Positions 47,078 to 63,610 of a stretch of DNA of 64,000 nt are shown piece by piece (the stretch's first letter is position 1; each line of letters opens with the position of its first letter). A model generated the notes under the pieces. It made no database searches, was not told where the DNA came from, and saw only the letters and a program-made list of their open reading frames with translations. The position numbers and the translations under genes were made by a program. Origin of the DNA: the human T2T-CHM13v2.0 reference genome, Homo sapiens; NCBI RefSeq assembly GCF_009914755.1, contig NC_060930.1; one strand, written 5' to 3'.

Positions 47078-47488
<411 letters not shown>

Positions 47489-47556
47489 TCAGCCAACATC
47501 ATTTGTGCTTGGCAGGAAAGCGAAGGCAGGTAGGGCAATAGGAAAGCTTTGTAGTG

Positions 47557-48390
47557 GCCAAGATGATCTTACCCATTCCTCAGCTTGACTAAATTTCAGA
47601 TAAGCTTCTTGACTTAGGTCCCTGACTTTCCTTTTCTTAGAGCATTTACTTTAGAAGACTTTGAATTGTAAATTATTTCTCTGCCCCTTTGAAATGTAAA
47701 TCTAATAAAGATCCAGGTATGTCTTTCTTGAGGACCTAGGAGCCATTACTGTGAAGTGTAATCACCGAAAACAAACAAACAAACAAACAAAACTCAGAGG
47801 TCTCTAACTATCAGTCTCTGTGGGAGGGTGGAAGCCCAGCTTCTCAAAGTGCCAATCAGCAAACATAGATGGCATAATCACATTGACCAATGTCCCTTTT
47901 AACATTGTCTCATAGTTTTTCTCTAGCTCGCCTTAATGCTTAAAATATTCCCACCTTTTGTTTCAAAGGAATTAAGTTCAATCTCTCTCCCCTAATGCAA
48001 TAGTTTTTGTTTTTTGTTTGTTTGTTTTTTGAGACAGTCTCACTGTGTTGTCCAGGCTGGAGGGCAGAGGCGCAATCTTGACTTACTGCAACCTCCGCCT
48101 CCCGGGTTCAAGTGATTTTCCTGCCTGAGCCTCCTGAGTAGCTGAGACTACAAGTGCATGCCGTTACACTCAAATATGTTTTGTTTTTTTTTTTTTTTTT
48201 TTAGTAGAGACGGGTTTTGGGCATGTTGGCCAGGCTGGTCTCAAACTTCTGGCCTCAATGATCCACTTGCCTTGGCCTCCCAAAGTGCTCGGATAACAGG
48301 TGTGAGCCACCATGCCCGGCCTCTAATGCAATAGTCTTGAATAAAGTTTTCCTTGCTGTTTAACTCTGTCCCATGCAATTACTCTTCAAC
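47557..48390 (+). mobile_element. MER31-like ERV1 solo LTR (Alu inserted at 48005-48322), itself inside an older LTR-like tract (about 47430-48650)
   Basis: cctcagcttgactaaa...cttagagcatttactttaga...ttgtaaatt...tctctgcccctttgaaatgtaaatc...tgcaatagtcttgaataaagt...caaca. Confidence 0.7.
48005..48322 (-). mobile_element. AluS
   Basis: TSD ctaatgcaatagt. Confidence 0.9.
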
Positions 48391-48802
48391 AATAGTGGAA
48401 AAAGAAAGGCTTTAGTTATGTTCTGCTTGGAGCCTATTGGCATGGGGGGAGCTGGAGGCAGGTGATCTAGGACAACTTCTTACATGATTAGTTTAGGGAT
48501 TTCTCAGGTAGGCCCTGAGTTGGAAAAAAAAAAAAAAAGAGAGAGAGAGAGAGAAGCTGGCAGTCACTGACCAAGTCCTGACCTTTTGAGCTGATTGCTC
48601 CAGAGGCTGTGTTTTGACTTCCCAGGTTGTGACTTCCTTCTCACAAAACTTGTAGGTTGGAATTCTGTAATAAATGGTATCAACCTCATAAGTTTTTTTC
48701 AAGGATTAAGGTGAATAAAAAATTCTTAGAACAGTGTCTGGCCTATAATAAATACTCAAAATTAACTATTATTATTATAATTAGTATTAGTGGTAGTGGT
48801 AG

Positions 48803-49124
<322 letters not shown>

Positions 49125-49281
49125 TTCAGTTTACTCTTCAATCTAATTAGGCTTTAGTCTTTAATGACAAAGAGCAGAAGACATACAGCACACACAAAAC
49201 AATCAAATCCAAACCAGTGGTTTTTACTAAGACTCTTTTCTGTCTTTTTTCATATTTTACCATATATGATCTGGTCATTGT

Positions 49282-49283
<2 letters not shown>

Positions 49284-49329
<46 letters not shown>
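49284..49329. repeat. (AT)23 microsatellite
   Basis: Uninterrupted AT dinucleotide run. Confidence 0.97.
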
Positions 49330-49332
<3 letters not shown>

Positions 49333-50111
49333 GTCTTTCATTTATGTTAGACCAATCCTAAAGACAGAGTTAGAAACTGAAAAACCCAGTCATAAAATTC
49401 TGGAAGATTTAGTCACAGATTTCTTTTATGGAGATAATCACATTATACTTGTTTATTAGAAACATCCAGAATGCAGCCTTGCAAGTAGCTTTTTTCTGGA
49501 AGTGAAATATGCTTTGGCATAGTTTAATCCTGTTGACATCCAAAATGCTATGTAATGGATGAGTGCTACTTACTGAAAGCAAAGTCAAGTCTGCATAAGT
49601 CCACCTAGGCATGGGGTATTATCTAGTGGTCACTGGGGTTATAGCATACATAAGCATTACCTTTAGACTGCGTGACTTGTTCCTGGCCCAAACCCCTGAG
49701 TGTTAAATTTGCTTTGTGTGACCATTGGACCATCCTTAGGCCATTTTCTACCTTCAAAACATCTTGTGACTTTGAGCTTATTTGGAAAGGCCATGAGGTC
49801 CCTGGAAAAGTGGGCACAATTGGGTATCTTGAATTCAGCTTACTTGGAAGAGGAAAAAGGAGGCATAAGGGGTACCACATAATTTTTAACAAAGCTAGAG
49901 AACTTTCAGGGAGAACTTCGGAATGCAGTCAGCTTCTGTAAGGATTCTCTAACTGGTGTCCCTGTGTCAGGAAAAGCCCTAAGCCAACCTATGGACTTTC
50001 CAATCCAGCCTCAATGTTATCCCAGGCTCCTGAGGTTATAGGGTTTATCCTACAGTCTTTCTATCCTAACTGGGTGGAATAACGTACAAAGTTACAAATG
50101 AAATAACCTTA

Positions 50112-50509
<398 letters not shown>

Positions 50510-50616
50510 CTAAGGACCAGGCAATGGGTGGGGTTTGCTCAGGAGAGAACAATAAGCAGTGCATCGTCATTAGAGATTTTAAAACAATGATAAAGCCAGA
50601 CTAAAAGTCTTTCTGC

Positions 50617-50897
50617 TTTCTTTTTTTAGCCTGTTGCTCAGGCTGGAGTGCAATGGCACGATCTGAGCTCACTGCAACCACCTGCCTCCCGGGTTCAAGC
50701 TATTCTCCTGCCTCAGCCTCCTGAGTAGCTGGGATTACAGGCGCCTGCAACCACACCCAGCTAATTTTTGTACTTTTAGTAGAGATGGGGTTTTGCCATG
50801 TTGGCCAGGCTGGTCTCGAACTCTTGACCTCAGGTGATCTGCCTGCCTCAGCCTCCCAAAGTGCTGGGATTACAGGCTTGAGCCACCGAGCCTGGCC
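50617..50897 (-). mobile_element. AluSx
   Basis: Antisense body about 190 nt from the sense AluSx (inverted pair). Confidence 0.9.
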
Positions 50898-51122
50898 TCT
50901 ACTTTTTATTACTGTCATGTAGTTAGTGATAAAATGCTTCTATCTGAAAAAAAATTTGTTGTTCTAAATTCTAAAAAATTCTCGTGATTATTGCTTAAAT
51001 TTTAATAAAGCAGATGTGATTTTCAAATTACCACATTTTTATTTTTCTTTATTTTTTCTGTGTGGAAGGTCATTGAAAAGCCTCTATGTTGTCCTCCTAA
51101 TATCTCTGTCTCTCCATCACCG

Positions 51123-51153
<31 letters not shown>

Positions 51154-51197
51154 GTCTCACACATAAACTCAACTAAATGCATTCATTGTGAGAGTAA

Positions 51198-51555
<358 letters not shown>

Positions 51556-51786
51556 TAAATACCTGCACTTCAAGAACAGATTTAACACAAACAATACCAC
51601 AGCAATTGTGGTGTCTGAGGAAGAGAACTTGAGTTACTTCTATCCTGCCATTATATATGACTTATTTATGTGTAACATTTAAAATAAGAAAATAGCAAAA
51701 TGTATTATTTTTGATAAGTGTTAATTTATTTCACAGCTGAGCTGTTTTACTGGATTTGAGTGAATGTCTTTAATTAAAACTTATTC

Positions 51787-51970
<184 letters not shown>

Positions 51971-52037
51971 TAAACTAAGGAATGAAGAAAATAAAACATT
52001 ACATGACTGGTACAATTTAGTTGTCTTGATTGTTTCT

Positions 52038-52448
52038 TGATATCATTTGGATCTGTGTCTCTGCCCAAATCTCAAGTTGCATTATAATCCCCAATGTTAG
52101 AGGTGGGGCTTGGTGGGAGGTGATTGGATCATGGGGGTGGTTTCCCATGAATGGCTTAGCACCATCCCCTTGGTGCTGCTCTTGTAGTGAGTGAGCGCTC
52201 ACAAGATCCAGTTGTTTAAATGTGCGTAGCACCTCCCTTCTCTCTTGCTCCTGCTCCCACCATGTAAGACAGCCTGCTCCCACTTTGTCTTCCACCATGA
52301 TTGAAAGCTTCCTGAGGCTTCCCCAGAAGCAGAAGCCGCTATACTTCCTGTACAGCTTGCAGAAACATGAGCCAGTTAAAACTATTTTCTTTATAAATTA
52401 CCCATTCTCAGGTATTTCTTTATAGCAGTCTGAGAATGGACTAATACA
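52038..52448 (+). mobile_element. MSTA/MSTB MaLR solo LTR
   Basis: tgatatcatttggatctgtgtc...gggaggtgattggatcatggggg...tttataaattaccc...ggactaataca. Confidence 0.9.
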
Positions 52449-52702
52449 TTTCTTTTGCAGACATTTCAGTTTTATTAAAATTTTCTTATTAACTTGATAT
52501 TTACATGAAATATTATTATCAGACTAACCAAAAGAGCAAAGTTATTATTTGTCTTACTTTATGATTATTACTAAAATTTATTTTCTCATATTAATGTAAA
52601 AATTGACCGCTTCTGATGGCGGATACACTAAGTACGTCACTGCCAATATATAGTCATAGAGTCCTAAATACGGAAGGAAGATAGGGTTGCAACTAAAATT
52701 AG

Positions 52703-53071
<369 letters not shown>

Positions 53072-53133
53072 GATTTCTTGATCTTTAATTAAAGCTGTTT
53101 CTATTCCCTGCAAGAGAAAGTAGTCCACTATTT

Positions 53134-54087
53134 CAGGGGTCTTCACCCACCAGGGCACAGACTGGTATTGGTATGTGGCCTGTTAGGAATGAGGCCACAC
53201 AGCAGGAGGTGAGCAGCAGCAGGCAAGTGAGCAAGCTTCATCTGTATTTACAGCTGCTCCCCATCACTCACATTACTGCCTGAGCTCTGCCCCCCGTCAG
53301 ATCAGCAGCGGCACTGGATTCTCATCTAGGAGCATGAACCCTATTGTGAACTGCGCATGCAAGGGATCTAGGCTGCATGCTCCTTATGAGAATCTAACGC
53401 CTGATGATCTGAGGTGGAGCTGAGGCAGTGATGCTAGCACTGGGAACAGCTGCAAATACAGATTAGCATTAGCAGAGTGGGTTGACTACACAGAGACCAT
53501 AATAAATCAGTTGCTTGCAGACTCGTATCAAAACCCTATCAGTGAGTGGTAAGTGACAACCTGCATTTGGTAGCAGGCTTTATAGTGGCAAGTGAGTTGT
53601 ACTTCAATTGTACAGCTGCATCTGGTGGCCTTAAGTTTGTTTGAAACAACTTCAAATCTCTGTATGTTCTGGATCAAAGTTAAGGTGGAATATCCTAAGA
53701 TTCCCACAAAAGAAAGCACTGAAAAGCCTGCTTCCATTTTCAGTATCTTATCTTTGTGAAGCAGGGTTTTCTGCAGTGGCTGCAACCAAAATGAGATTAC
53801 AGAGTAACCTGGACATATGGAACACACTTTCAATGTCACTGTCTCCCATCACCCCCAGATGGGACTATTACAGGAAACAAGCTCAGGGCTCCCACTGATT
53901 CCACCTTATGGTGAGTTGTATAATTATTTTCTTATGTAATACAATGTAATAATAAGAGAAATAAAGTGCACAACAAATGTAATGTGCTTGAATCACCCCA
54001 AAACCATCTCCCTCCCCACCCCTGGTTCATGGAAAAATTGTCTTCCATGAAACCAGTCCCTGGTGCCAAAAAGGTTGTGGACTGCAG
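53134..54087 (+). mobile_element. Charlie3/MER1-family hAT DNA transposon, internally deleted, with transposase C-terminal remnant
   Basis: MER1-type ends (caggggtc...ggcctgttaggaa...; ...ggaaaaattgtcttccatgaaaccagtccctggtgccaaaaaggttg). Internal 53639-53870 translates, across one frameshift, to FWIKVKVEYPKIPTK/ALKSLLPFSVSYLCEAGFS, the hAT dimerisation-domain pattern. Confidence 0.85.
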
Positions 54088-54299
54088 AATTAATTTTGAC
54101 TTTGGATTAAGAATTAACTGATATGTTATTGAACACCATTTGTGAACTAAGTGTAATTCAGAAAATGGAACTACCCCTTAAATGTGTTCAAACAATGAAC
54201 TAAGATTAGCAGCTTCCATTTTTTTAATTATGTACAGTTTCATTTAGTTCAACTGGGAAGTCAGGGAACCAGAGTATTTTCCAATGGACTTACCTAATT

Positions 54300-54385
54300 C
54301 ACACTGTATGCCTGTACCAAAACATCTCATGTACCCTATAAATACATACACCTACTACATACTCACAAAAATTAAAAATACAAAG
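54300..54385 (+). mobile_element. L1 (L1PB/MA) 3' end
   Basis: tgtatgcctgtaccaaaacatctcatgtaccctataaatacatacacctact...aaaaattaaaaat. Confidence 0.78.
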
Positions 54386-54427
54386 TACAAACAAATTAAA
54401 TGCTTTATAGAAAATACTGGTTGGGGA

Positions 54428-54944
54428 TGACCAAGATCACCTAATGTTCCTCTCAGCTTAACTAAACTTTAAAGTTTTTTTGGGAAAATTTTTGTTTGTA
54501 AATTCTTTCTCTTCTCCTTTGAGATGTAAATCTATCAAAAAGTTTGCTAGTTTTACAATCCAGAAATGTCTTTCTCAAGGGCTTAGGAACCATCTTTTTG
54601 AAAAGTAGTAATCAAGGGATAAAACCCCCCTAACTCTCAGTCTCTGCGGAAGGGTAGGAGCCTGATTTGAACGTGAACCAATTAGCAAGCACAGATAACC
54701 TCATCACAGGGGAAAATATTTGTAAAGTTAGGAGTAACACAATGTTGTGGGCACATCCTACTGATGAAACTCTCCCTAACCTCCTTCAGTACTTTTTCAT
54801 AGCTCACCCCACTGCTTTAAACCTTTCTGCTCTTTGTTTCAGCAGAGTTGCATTTAGACAATTCTAGCCTCTCTCCTCTGTTGCAATAGCCTTAAATAAA
54901 GTCTTCTTTGTTTAACTTTATCTAGTGCAATTTTTCCTTTGACA
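54428..54944 (+). mobile_element. Second MER31-like ERV1 solo LTR
   Basis: Shares start (ccaagat...ctcagcttaactaaa) and end (tgcaatagccttaaataaagtc...tttgaca) blocks with 47557-48390. Confidence 0.68.
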
Positions 54945-55008
54945 AAAATCAGCTAACAGCAGGGGAGAAGGATTTATGTTGATGATGGGGAAGTATTTGA
55001 TTTCATAA

Positions 55009-55494
<486 letters not shown>

Positions 55495-57301
55495 GGAGTG
55501 AATACTTTTGATCTCAGCAAGCTGGCTGTATGCCCAAACAATTCTCTGTTATTAACCATTGTTTTTTAGTTATTCACAGAGTAAAACCATTGCCTCATGT
55601 TTAGTATGATGTGATCCTCACTTAAGAGTTGAATTTTCTTTATTGCAGTTTTTTTCATTGCCATTTTGGTGATGTCCATGATCTCAGGACAAAGTGTTAT
55701 AAAGTACCTTCCCCTCACAAACACACATCAATTATAACTACTGATTGGTGACAGAAGGACCAGTTTCATGTTTGAAAGACAAAACCCTAAAGCTCTAAGT
55801 GAAGGTTCTATTTGTGAAATGTTTTATTTATTTGTTGGATGGAGGATGGCAGTAAGGATGTTTCCACTACAGCAGTTAGCATAGGAACTCATTCTGATGT
55901 GACATGAGAATGCTCTGTGATGGTACAGCTGACCACCTAAATAATCTCAAACCGCTTGGCAGAATACTGTGGCCGGCGAAGTGCAGGAAGGAGAAATTCA
56001 TGCTACGGACAAGATAACAGTGAGAACTGAGGCTCCGGCGCATATGCAGAGCCTAGGCCTGGGCAGATCGTAGGTCTTATGAGGCACTGGTCAAGTGGTG
56101 AAGCCAACGTCCAGGCTTAGGTCCAGGTCCAGATGGGAGACTCCAGGGAGTGGCTGGAAGGTGAACTTTGCAGGAGGCTGGTGAAAAACAGGAAAAGCTC
56201 CTTCCTGCGAATGACTCACCAGCACACATCCGGCGACCTGGACACAGACATGCTGGGGGGTTATAAAACATATTGGCACAAAAATCTGAAAAACAATCTA
56301 GACAAAGACAAAAACAGTCCACATGTGATTTCTTCTATTTTGGAATGTGTAGATCACTCACTTAACTTTCCCTGAGCTTCATGAGCTCTGCCTTCCAGTT
56401 TAAGCCCTGGAAATACATAACGAAGCACAAAAGCCAGCTTTGCTTTATGAGCTCCATGGAAAAGACACACAATAAAATGGTCATATTTTAATGTGAAAAA
56501 TGTTAATGACAAGTAAAGCCAAGTGTGTCAAGGGGACATAGTAAAGGGGCCTAATGTGGCTTGGAGAGTCAGGGAGGGCTCGTGCTTTGTACAACGGCTT
56601 TGTATCTAAACTCTCATACAAAGGGTGAGAAGTTGGCCAGGCAAAGATGGGGAATTTGTGGAAGGGGTCATGATAGATTTGAGGGCTGGAAGAAATTTCA
56701 CTCTGGCTAGGGCATAGAGCGCGAACTAGGTTCTCAGACCCGAAGCCAGAGGAATGAGTAGAAACTACATCACGGGACCTTGGAAACCAACGTTAAGAAG
56801 CTGCCAAAGCACCTTGAGGAGAAAGACTTGATTAGTATTATATTGAAACATGAATTATTTGGGAAATGTCAAGGTGTCTGAAAAGTGGAATGAGTTAAAA
56901 TTGAGGAAGGAAGCATTCTAGGTAAGTTTTTATTAAAACTACTGTGGTCTTAATGATTATACATATGTATTTCTTAAGACATTGTGTTGAGAATGGTATT
57001 TTTTTTCAGCTTAAGTTTAATGAGCTTTGTGGTTGTTTTACAGAGCAAAGATAGCCTACTGCACTGAAATGTAGTATTATTAAATGTTTCTACTTCCAGT
57101 CCTTCAGAAGACCCAACCAGGTCTTTTCATTCCTGCTCCCATAGTCTGTAAATCCTAAACTTGCTGCTTGCTGCTTGTCAGTAAAATGTTGCATATAATT
57201 TAGTTAGATTTCATGTTTTTGTTTCTTTAATTTACAAGGTAAGTGTGATAAGTGTACTGAAGACTTCAAAGCTCAGAAAAATATTTAAAAGCAGATATAT
57301 T

Positions 57302-57607
57302 GACCAGGTGCAGTGGGTCACCCCTGTAATCCCAGTACTTTGGGAGGCTGAGGCAGGTGGATCACCTGAGGTCAGGAGTTTGAGACCAGCCTGGCCAACA
57401 TGGTAAAACCCTGTCTCTACTAAAAGTACAAAATTAGCCAGGCATGGTGGTATGCACCTGTAATCCCAGGTATTCCAGAGGCTGAGGCAGGAGAATAACT
57501 TAGAACCTGGGAGGCGGAGGTTGCAGTGAGCCAAGATCGCGCCACGGCACTCCAGCCTGGGTGACACAGGGAGACTCTGTCTCAAAAAAAAAAAAAAAAA
57601 AAAAAAA
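57302..57607 (+). mobile_element. AluSx
   Basis: Full body and long A tail. Confidence 0.92.
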
Positions 57608-57882
57608 GCATTATTTATATAGGACTTCCAGCAAATAGATTAACTCCAAGAATGAGAAACATTTTCTCACTATGTCTGATAACAAAGCAAGCTTTTTGGG
57701 AGGTGAAAGGCTGCAGATAGTGCCTGGAAATGCTTGTTAAATAAGAGCTAACCATTCAATTCACAAATGTATGTTTCATAGCAACAAGATTGATATGTTT
57801 AATGTCAATGTCGCTTGAGCTTGGCTCTGAGATTTGCTCTCAAGGGGTTTGCTGTGTAATAGGTGAATCTTACAGTAAATAG

Positions 57883-58209
<327 letters not shown>

Positions 58210-58536
58210 TAAATAGTTAAATTACTGATAAATAATTTTTATCAGTATTACAAGATAGAGTGCTGGGGTTGCCCATAGAAGGAAGGCCTAATCTAGCTTT
58301 TTGGGTTAGATTTTCCCACTTGCCCAGAAATAAATGCATGATTGAGCGGTGTCATCCAACTGGATGATAAATCAAGCAGCTTAAGGTATATATTATGTAC
58401 CCTATGTTTAGGCCTTATTCAGTTTTATGGCAGGAGTCTAGCTATCCAATGAGATAAATCACATATTATTATTGTTTATTCTTGAGAGTAAGGGAAGACA
58501 GTAGGATGATCTCATTTATTTTTTTAATTAATTACC

Positions 58537-58781
<245 letters not shown>

Positions 58782-58947
58782 CAAAATTTCTATCTGAATG
58801 CAGTAAGTAATAAATGTTAAGGAAATAATTGAAGAAAAGAGTGCCTTAAACACTAGAGGAATATGAAGATTTGAAGAGATTGTGGCACTCATGATTGAAA
58901 CACAAAATTAGTTTTATAATATTAATTTTTCTCACTGTAACAGTTTA

Positions 58948-59304
<357 letters not shown>

Positions 59305-59937
59305 TTATTACTGGATTTTCTGGATTAAAACAGAAAAAAAAAAAGGTCAAGTATAACTAGGGAAGTTTAGAATTCCTGAAGTAAACAGCAAAATCCTTTG
59401 AGAATAAGCCACTCTGAAAATCTGGACTATTGCTACTTGTCTCTTAGTACAAAGAAGCCTCCAGGTCCAGTTGTGTAAGAAACCAGGAAGAGCTTATATA
59501 CAATATTGATTAGAGCTCAAGAGACAAAGTAAAAGAATTGTTCATAGTGAAAAGGGAGTGTTAAGAAAAACATAATTCCTTCCCTCCAAATACTAACAGC
59601 AGTAAGTCCAAGAGTCTGGAAAAGAGTCTGAAAAAAAAAAAAAAACTTTATGCATGAAAAAATTATTGTTCCATGTCTTCTCTTACAAAATGATGGCTCA
59701 GTGTCAGATGTTGTTAACGTGCACTCCAGAGACCATTGTTTATGTTTCTAGGCTCTTTTTCTTTTGTTTTTTAGAAAAAACAAAATGTTGTTTTGAAATG
59801 TTGAGAGACATCGAGTTTATAACACTGCAAATTATATGCAGATTGTTTTTCATTTTTTAAAATTCTTGTTCCAGGTGTGATATTACATTTTTTACTTGAA
59901 AGTCATTAATCCAGGTAATATTTTCTCATGTATCTTC

Positions 59938-59938
<1 letters not shown>

Positions 59939-59982
<44 letters not shown>
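59939..59982. repeat. (TG)22 microsatellite
   Basis: Uninterrupted TG run. Confidence 0.97.
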
Positions 59983-59988
<6 letters not shown>

Positions 59989-60994
59989 TCAGGAGACTGA
60001 ATTATACTGTGTATCTTTTATTACTTAGTTACCAGTAGGTGAAGAAAGACTATTCTTGGGTGGCTGCTGTTTATCCATCACTGAGTGGATATCTGGAGTG
60101 AATGCTAAGCCATTGTTTGTATGAGCAGAAAGGCCAAAAATCACAAACTGCTTGTGGTGCAGCTTTGCTGTGACTCTGCTAGGAACAGAGAATTTATTTC
60201 AAGTTTGTAGGCTTCAGACATTTATGGAACAAATTCATTTCGTTCTCCGAATTTCAAAATTAACACTAGCGGAAAGCTCTTTCCTCCCACCTACCTTCCC
60301 CAAAGAAATCCTAAAAACAAAACAAAACAACAACAACAAAAAACTTCTATTTACACATATTATTAAGGCAGAACTTTTTTGGTTGGGGTAAAGTTGCTGC
60401 CAACTGTCTTTCTGTTGCTTAACTTTCTCCTCAAACTCCTGAGGTTCTACCCTAGCCTCAGCCACAAGGAGTCTTCAAAGATTCCCTTAGAAAATGTTGC
60501 TTTAGTGCCTAATGTCCCAGAGCCAATTTAGAACCAGTTCTGAAGTTTAGTGCTATATGGAAAAGTACGAAACCTTAGCACAGTCTTAAGTCTCTCCAGA
60601 TTTTTCAAACCGCCTTTCTCAAGTAAGATACATTACCCACTGAAAGGGCAGGAACGCTTCTCTCTTGATAAACTTTTCCTTAGAGTTGAGGAAATGCTCA
60701 GGATTAAAAGTGTCTGGTTTTTCCCACTGTGCTTGATCTCGAGCTACTGAAGCCAGCAAGATGATAACCTCAGTGCCCTAGAAATACAAATGTTCGTATT
60801 AGTAACAGAGATTAAATTTCTTCCTAAAAAGGTCACTCTCTAAAGACATATCATGATCTTGGTTGGCAATTACTCAGAAGCAGGGTGTCCTGGAAGGAAA
60901 TGGAAGAAGGGGAAGCCGAACAGTGGCAGGTGGACTTGAGGCTTAGTGTGGAATATTCGCTTTCCTAACCACATGTTTATTCATGTGCTTACTA

Positions 60995-61195
60995 AAAAAC
61001 TCAAGCCTTGGACTCAGAACTGGGAACAAATTCTTACTTAGCCATCTAGTGGCTATGTGATAACAGCATGTCATTTAACTTTTGATAAACCCCACTTTCT
61101 ATATTTGTATAATGAGACTTAAATAGTCTTCATCTGAGACTGAGCCTTAGAGGAAAGGATACATGTGAAAGAAACTGGCACAGTTCCTGGAAGTT
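60995..61195 (+). mobile_element. MIR remnant
   Basis: ttggactcagaactggg...gctatgtga...tcatttaactt...ccccactttctatatttgtataatgag...catgtgaaaga...ggcacagttcctgg. Confidence 0.55.
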
Positions 61196-61484
61196 TTGGG
61201 GGCTCTATGAAGGTTGGCTTTTATCTCCAGTGACTATGATAGTGGATATTAAATCAAACAAGCCCATTCCAAACATTCTCAAAAACAAGTTTCCCTGCTT
61301 CCAGAGCTTGCTGCATACTGGGAAACAACTTTCTACAAAAGAGAAAGTAATTTTAATTGTGATGTGGGAAAGGATATTCTGAGAACTAAAATAAATAAAA
61401 TAAAATAATGATAAAAAACAAAATCTCTCCACCAAATTAAGAACAATATTCTCTACTTCATTTTGGTTCATTACAGTTGCCTCT

Positions 61485-61840
<356 letters not shown>

Positions 61841-61944
61841 TAATACTATCTTGGTGATTACCTGTTTTACAACATGAATCTGTATAGTTTTTCAAATTAC
61901 AAAAAGCAAACAACTGCTTTAAAATGTTCTGTTTTAAAACTTTA

Positions 61945-62085
61945 GGCTGGGTGTGATGGTGCACACCAGTAGTCCCAGCTACTCATGAAGCTAAGGCATG
62001 AGGATCGCTCAAGTCCAGAAGTTCCAAGGCTAGCCTGGGGCAACATAGTGTGACCCTATGTTTAAAAAAAATAAAAAATAAAAAA
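61945..62085 (+). mobile_element. FLAM
   Basis: Monomer followed by an A tail. Confidence 0.8.
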
Positions 62086-62192
62086 CTGTCTATTTATCTA
62101 TGAGTGATTATTTGTATCCTGATATTGTACAGACTTTCTCCTCCTCATAGCAACTGTGCTAGTTGTTTCCATTTCACAAAAAAGATGATTGA

Positions 62193-62510
62193 GGCCAGGA
62201 ATGGTGGCTCACACCTGTAATCCCAGCCCTTCGGAAAGCCGAGGAGGGTAGATCACCTGAGGTCAAGAGTTTGAGACCAGCCTGGCCAACATAGTGAAAC
62301 CCCATATCTACTAAAAATACAAAAAATAGCCAAGCGTGGTGGTATGCACCTGTAATCCCAGCTATTTGGGAGTCTGAGGCAGGAGAATCACTTGACTGGG
62401 AGGCAGAGGTTGTAGTGAGCCGAGATCCTGCCACTGTACTCCAGCCTGGGCAACAGAGTGAGGCTCCATCTCAAAAACAAAACAAAACTAACAAAAAAAC
62501 AAATAAAAAA
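62193..62510 (+). mobile_element. AluSx
   Basis: TSD aaaaagatgattg / aaagagatgattg. Confidence 0.9.
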
Positions 62511-62561
62511 AGAGATGATTGTGGCTGAGTCTCTGTAGCAAATAAGTGAGACCCCCTATAT

Positions 62562-62923
<362 letters not shown>

Positions 62924-63449
62924 TAATACAATGCTCAACCTAGCTCACAGCAAGGTAAGTGGGTGGAACTACAATCCTGCCACTATTACTGTTTCTATGG
63001 TCTTTAAAAATTCTTTTGACATAGTTTATATTTGTTTTCTATTTCATTGCTAATCTCACTCATTCAGCCCAACAGTGTTTAACGTGTGCCCAGAAGAGAA
63101 GCTCAAAGATGGATGTAGTCTTTTTGTCCCCACGGAATAGGAAGTGATAGTGAGGGGAGAGGCCCACATAACCAGTGATTTTGTGGATTCATGCAGAGGT
63201 GGGCCCAGAAGCAATGAGGAAACTAGGTATCAAGAAAAAAAATTAGCACTATGGGTATACCATGTAACTTTATGGCAATTTCTGCCTTCAGTTAGGAAAT
63301 ATCTACACATAATTCCTCAGTTTACCAGGGGAAATCAGAGGGGTGCATCTGGGTATCTCAATGTTAGGAAGCAGAGGGCATGAGAGTGTCTCTGTGAGAG
63401 GACGGAAGTGAAGCCTGGAGGTAACCCTAGCGAGAGGACTGTGTGGGGA

Positions 63450-63610
63450 AAGCACAGGCTCTGGGAGGAGCACACCTTACCTGGGACTCTGGCTCCCTAT
63501 AGGCCAACCATGCATTCCTGACACTTGCTGGAACTCTCTGAACCCCAGTTTTCCCAACTATAACATAAAATGTCATACTGTCTTATAAAGTTTCACAGAA
63601 TAATTGTCAT
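63450..63610 (+). mobile_element. MIR remnant
   Basis: agcacaggctctggga...ctctctgaaccccagttttcccaactataac. Confidence 0.55.

Noticed and set aside
49623-49941. Overlapping approximately 89-aa ORFs on both strands in unique DNA
   Set aside because: Mostly non-ATG starts, no family similarity and no convincing splice context.
53641-53898. 85-aa ORF as a domesticated transposase (ZBED/Buster-like) gene
   Set aside because: Frameshifted fragment inside an internally deleted element lacking the catalytic core; starts at TTG.
59939-59982. (TG)22 as a regulatory Z-DNA element
   Set aside because: Common microsatellite far from any evident promoter; nothing beyond the repeat itself supports function.
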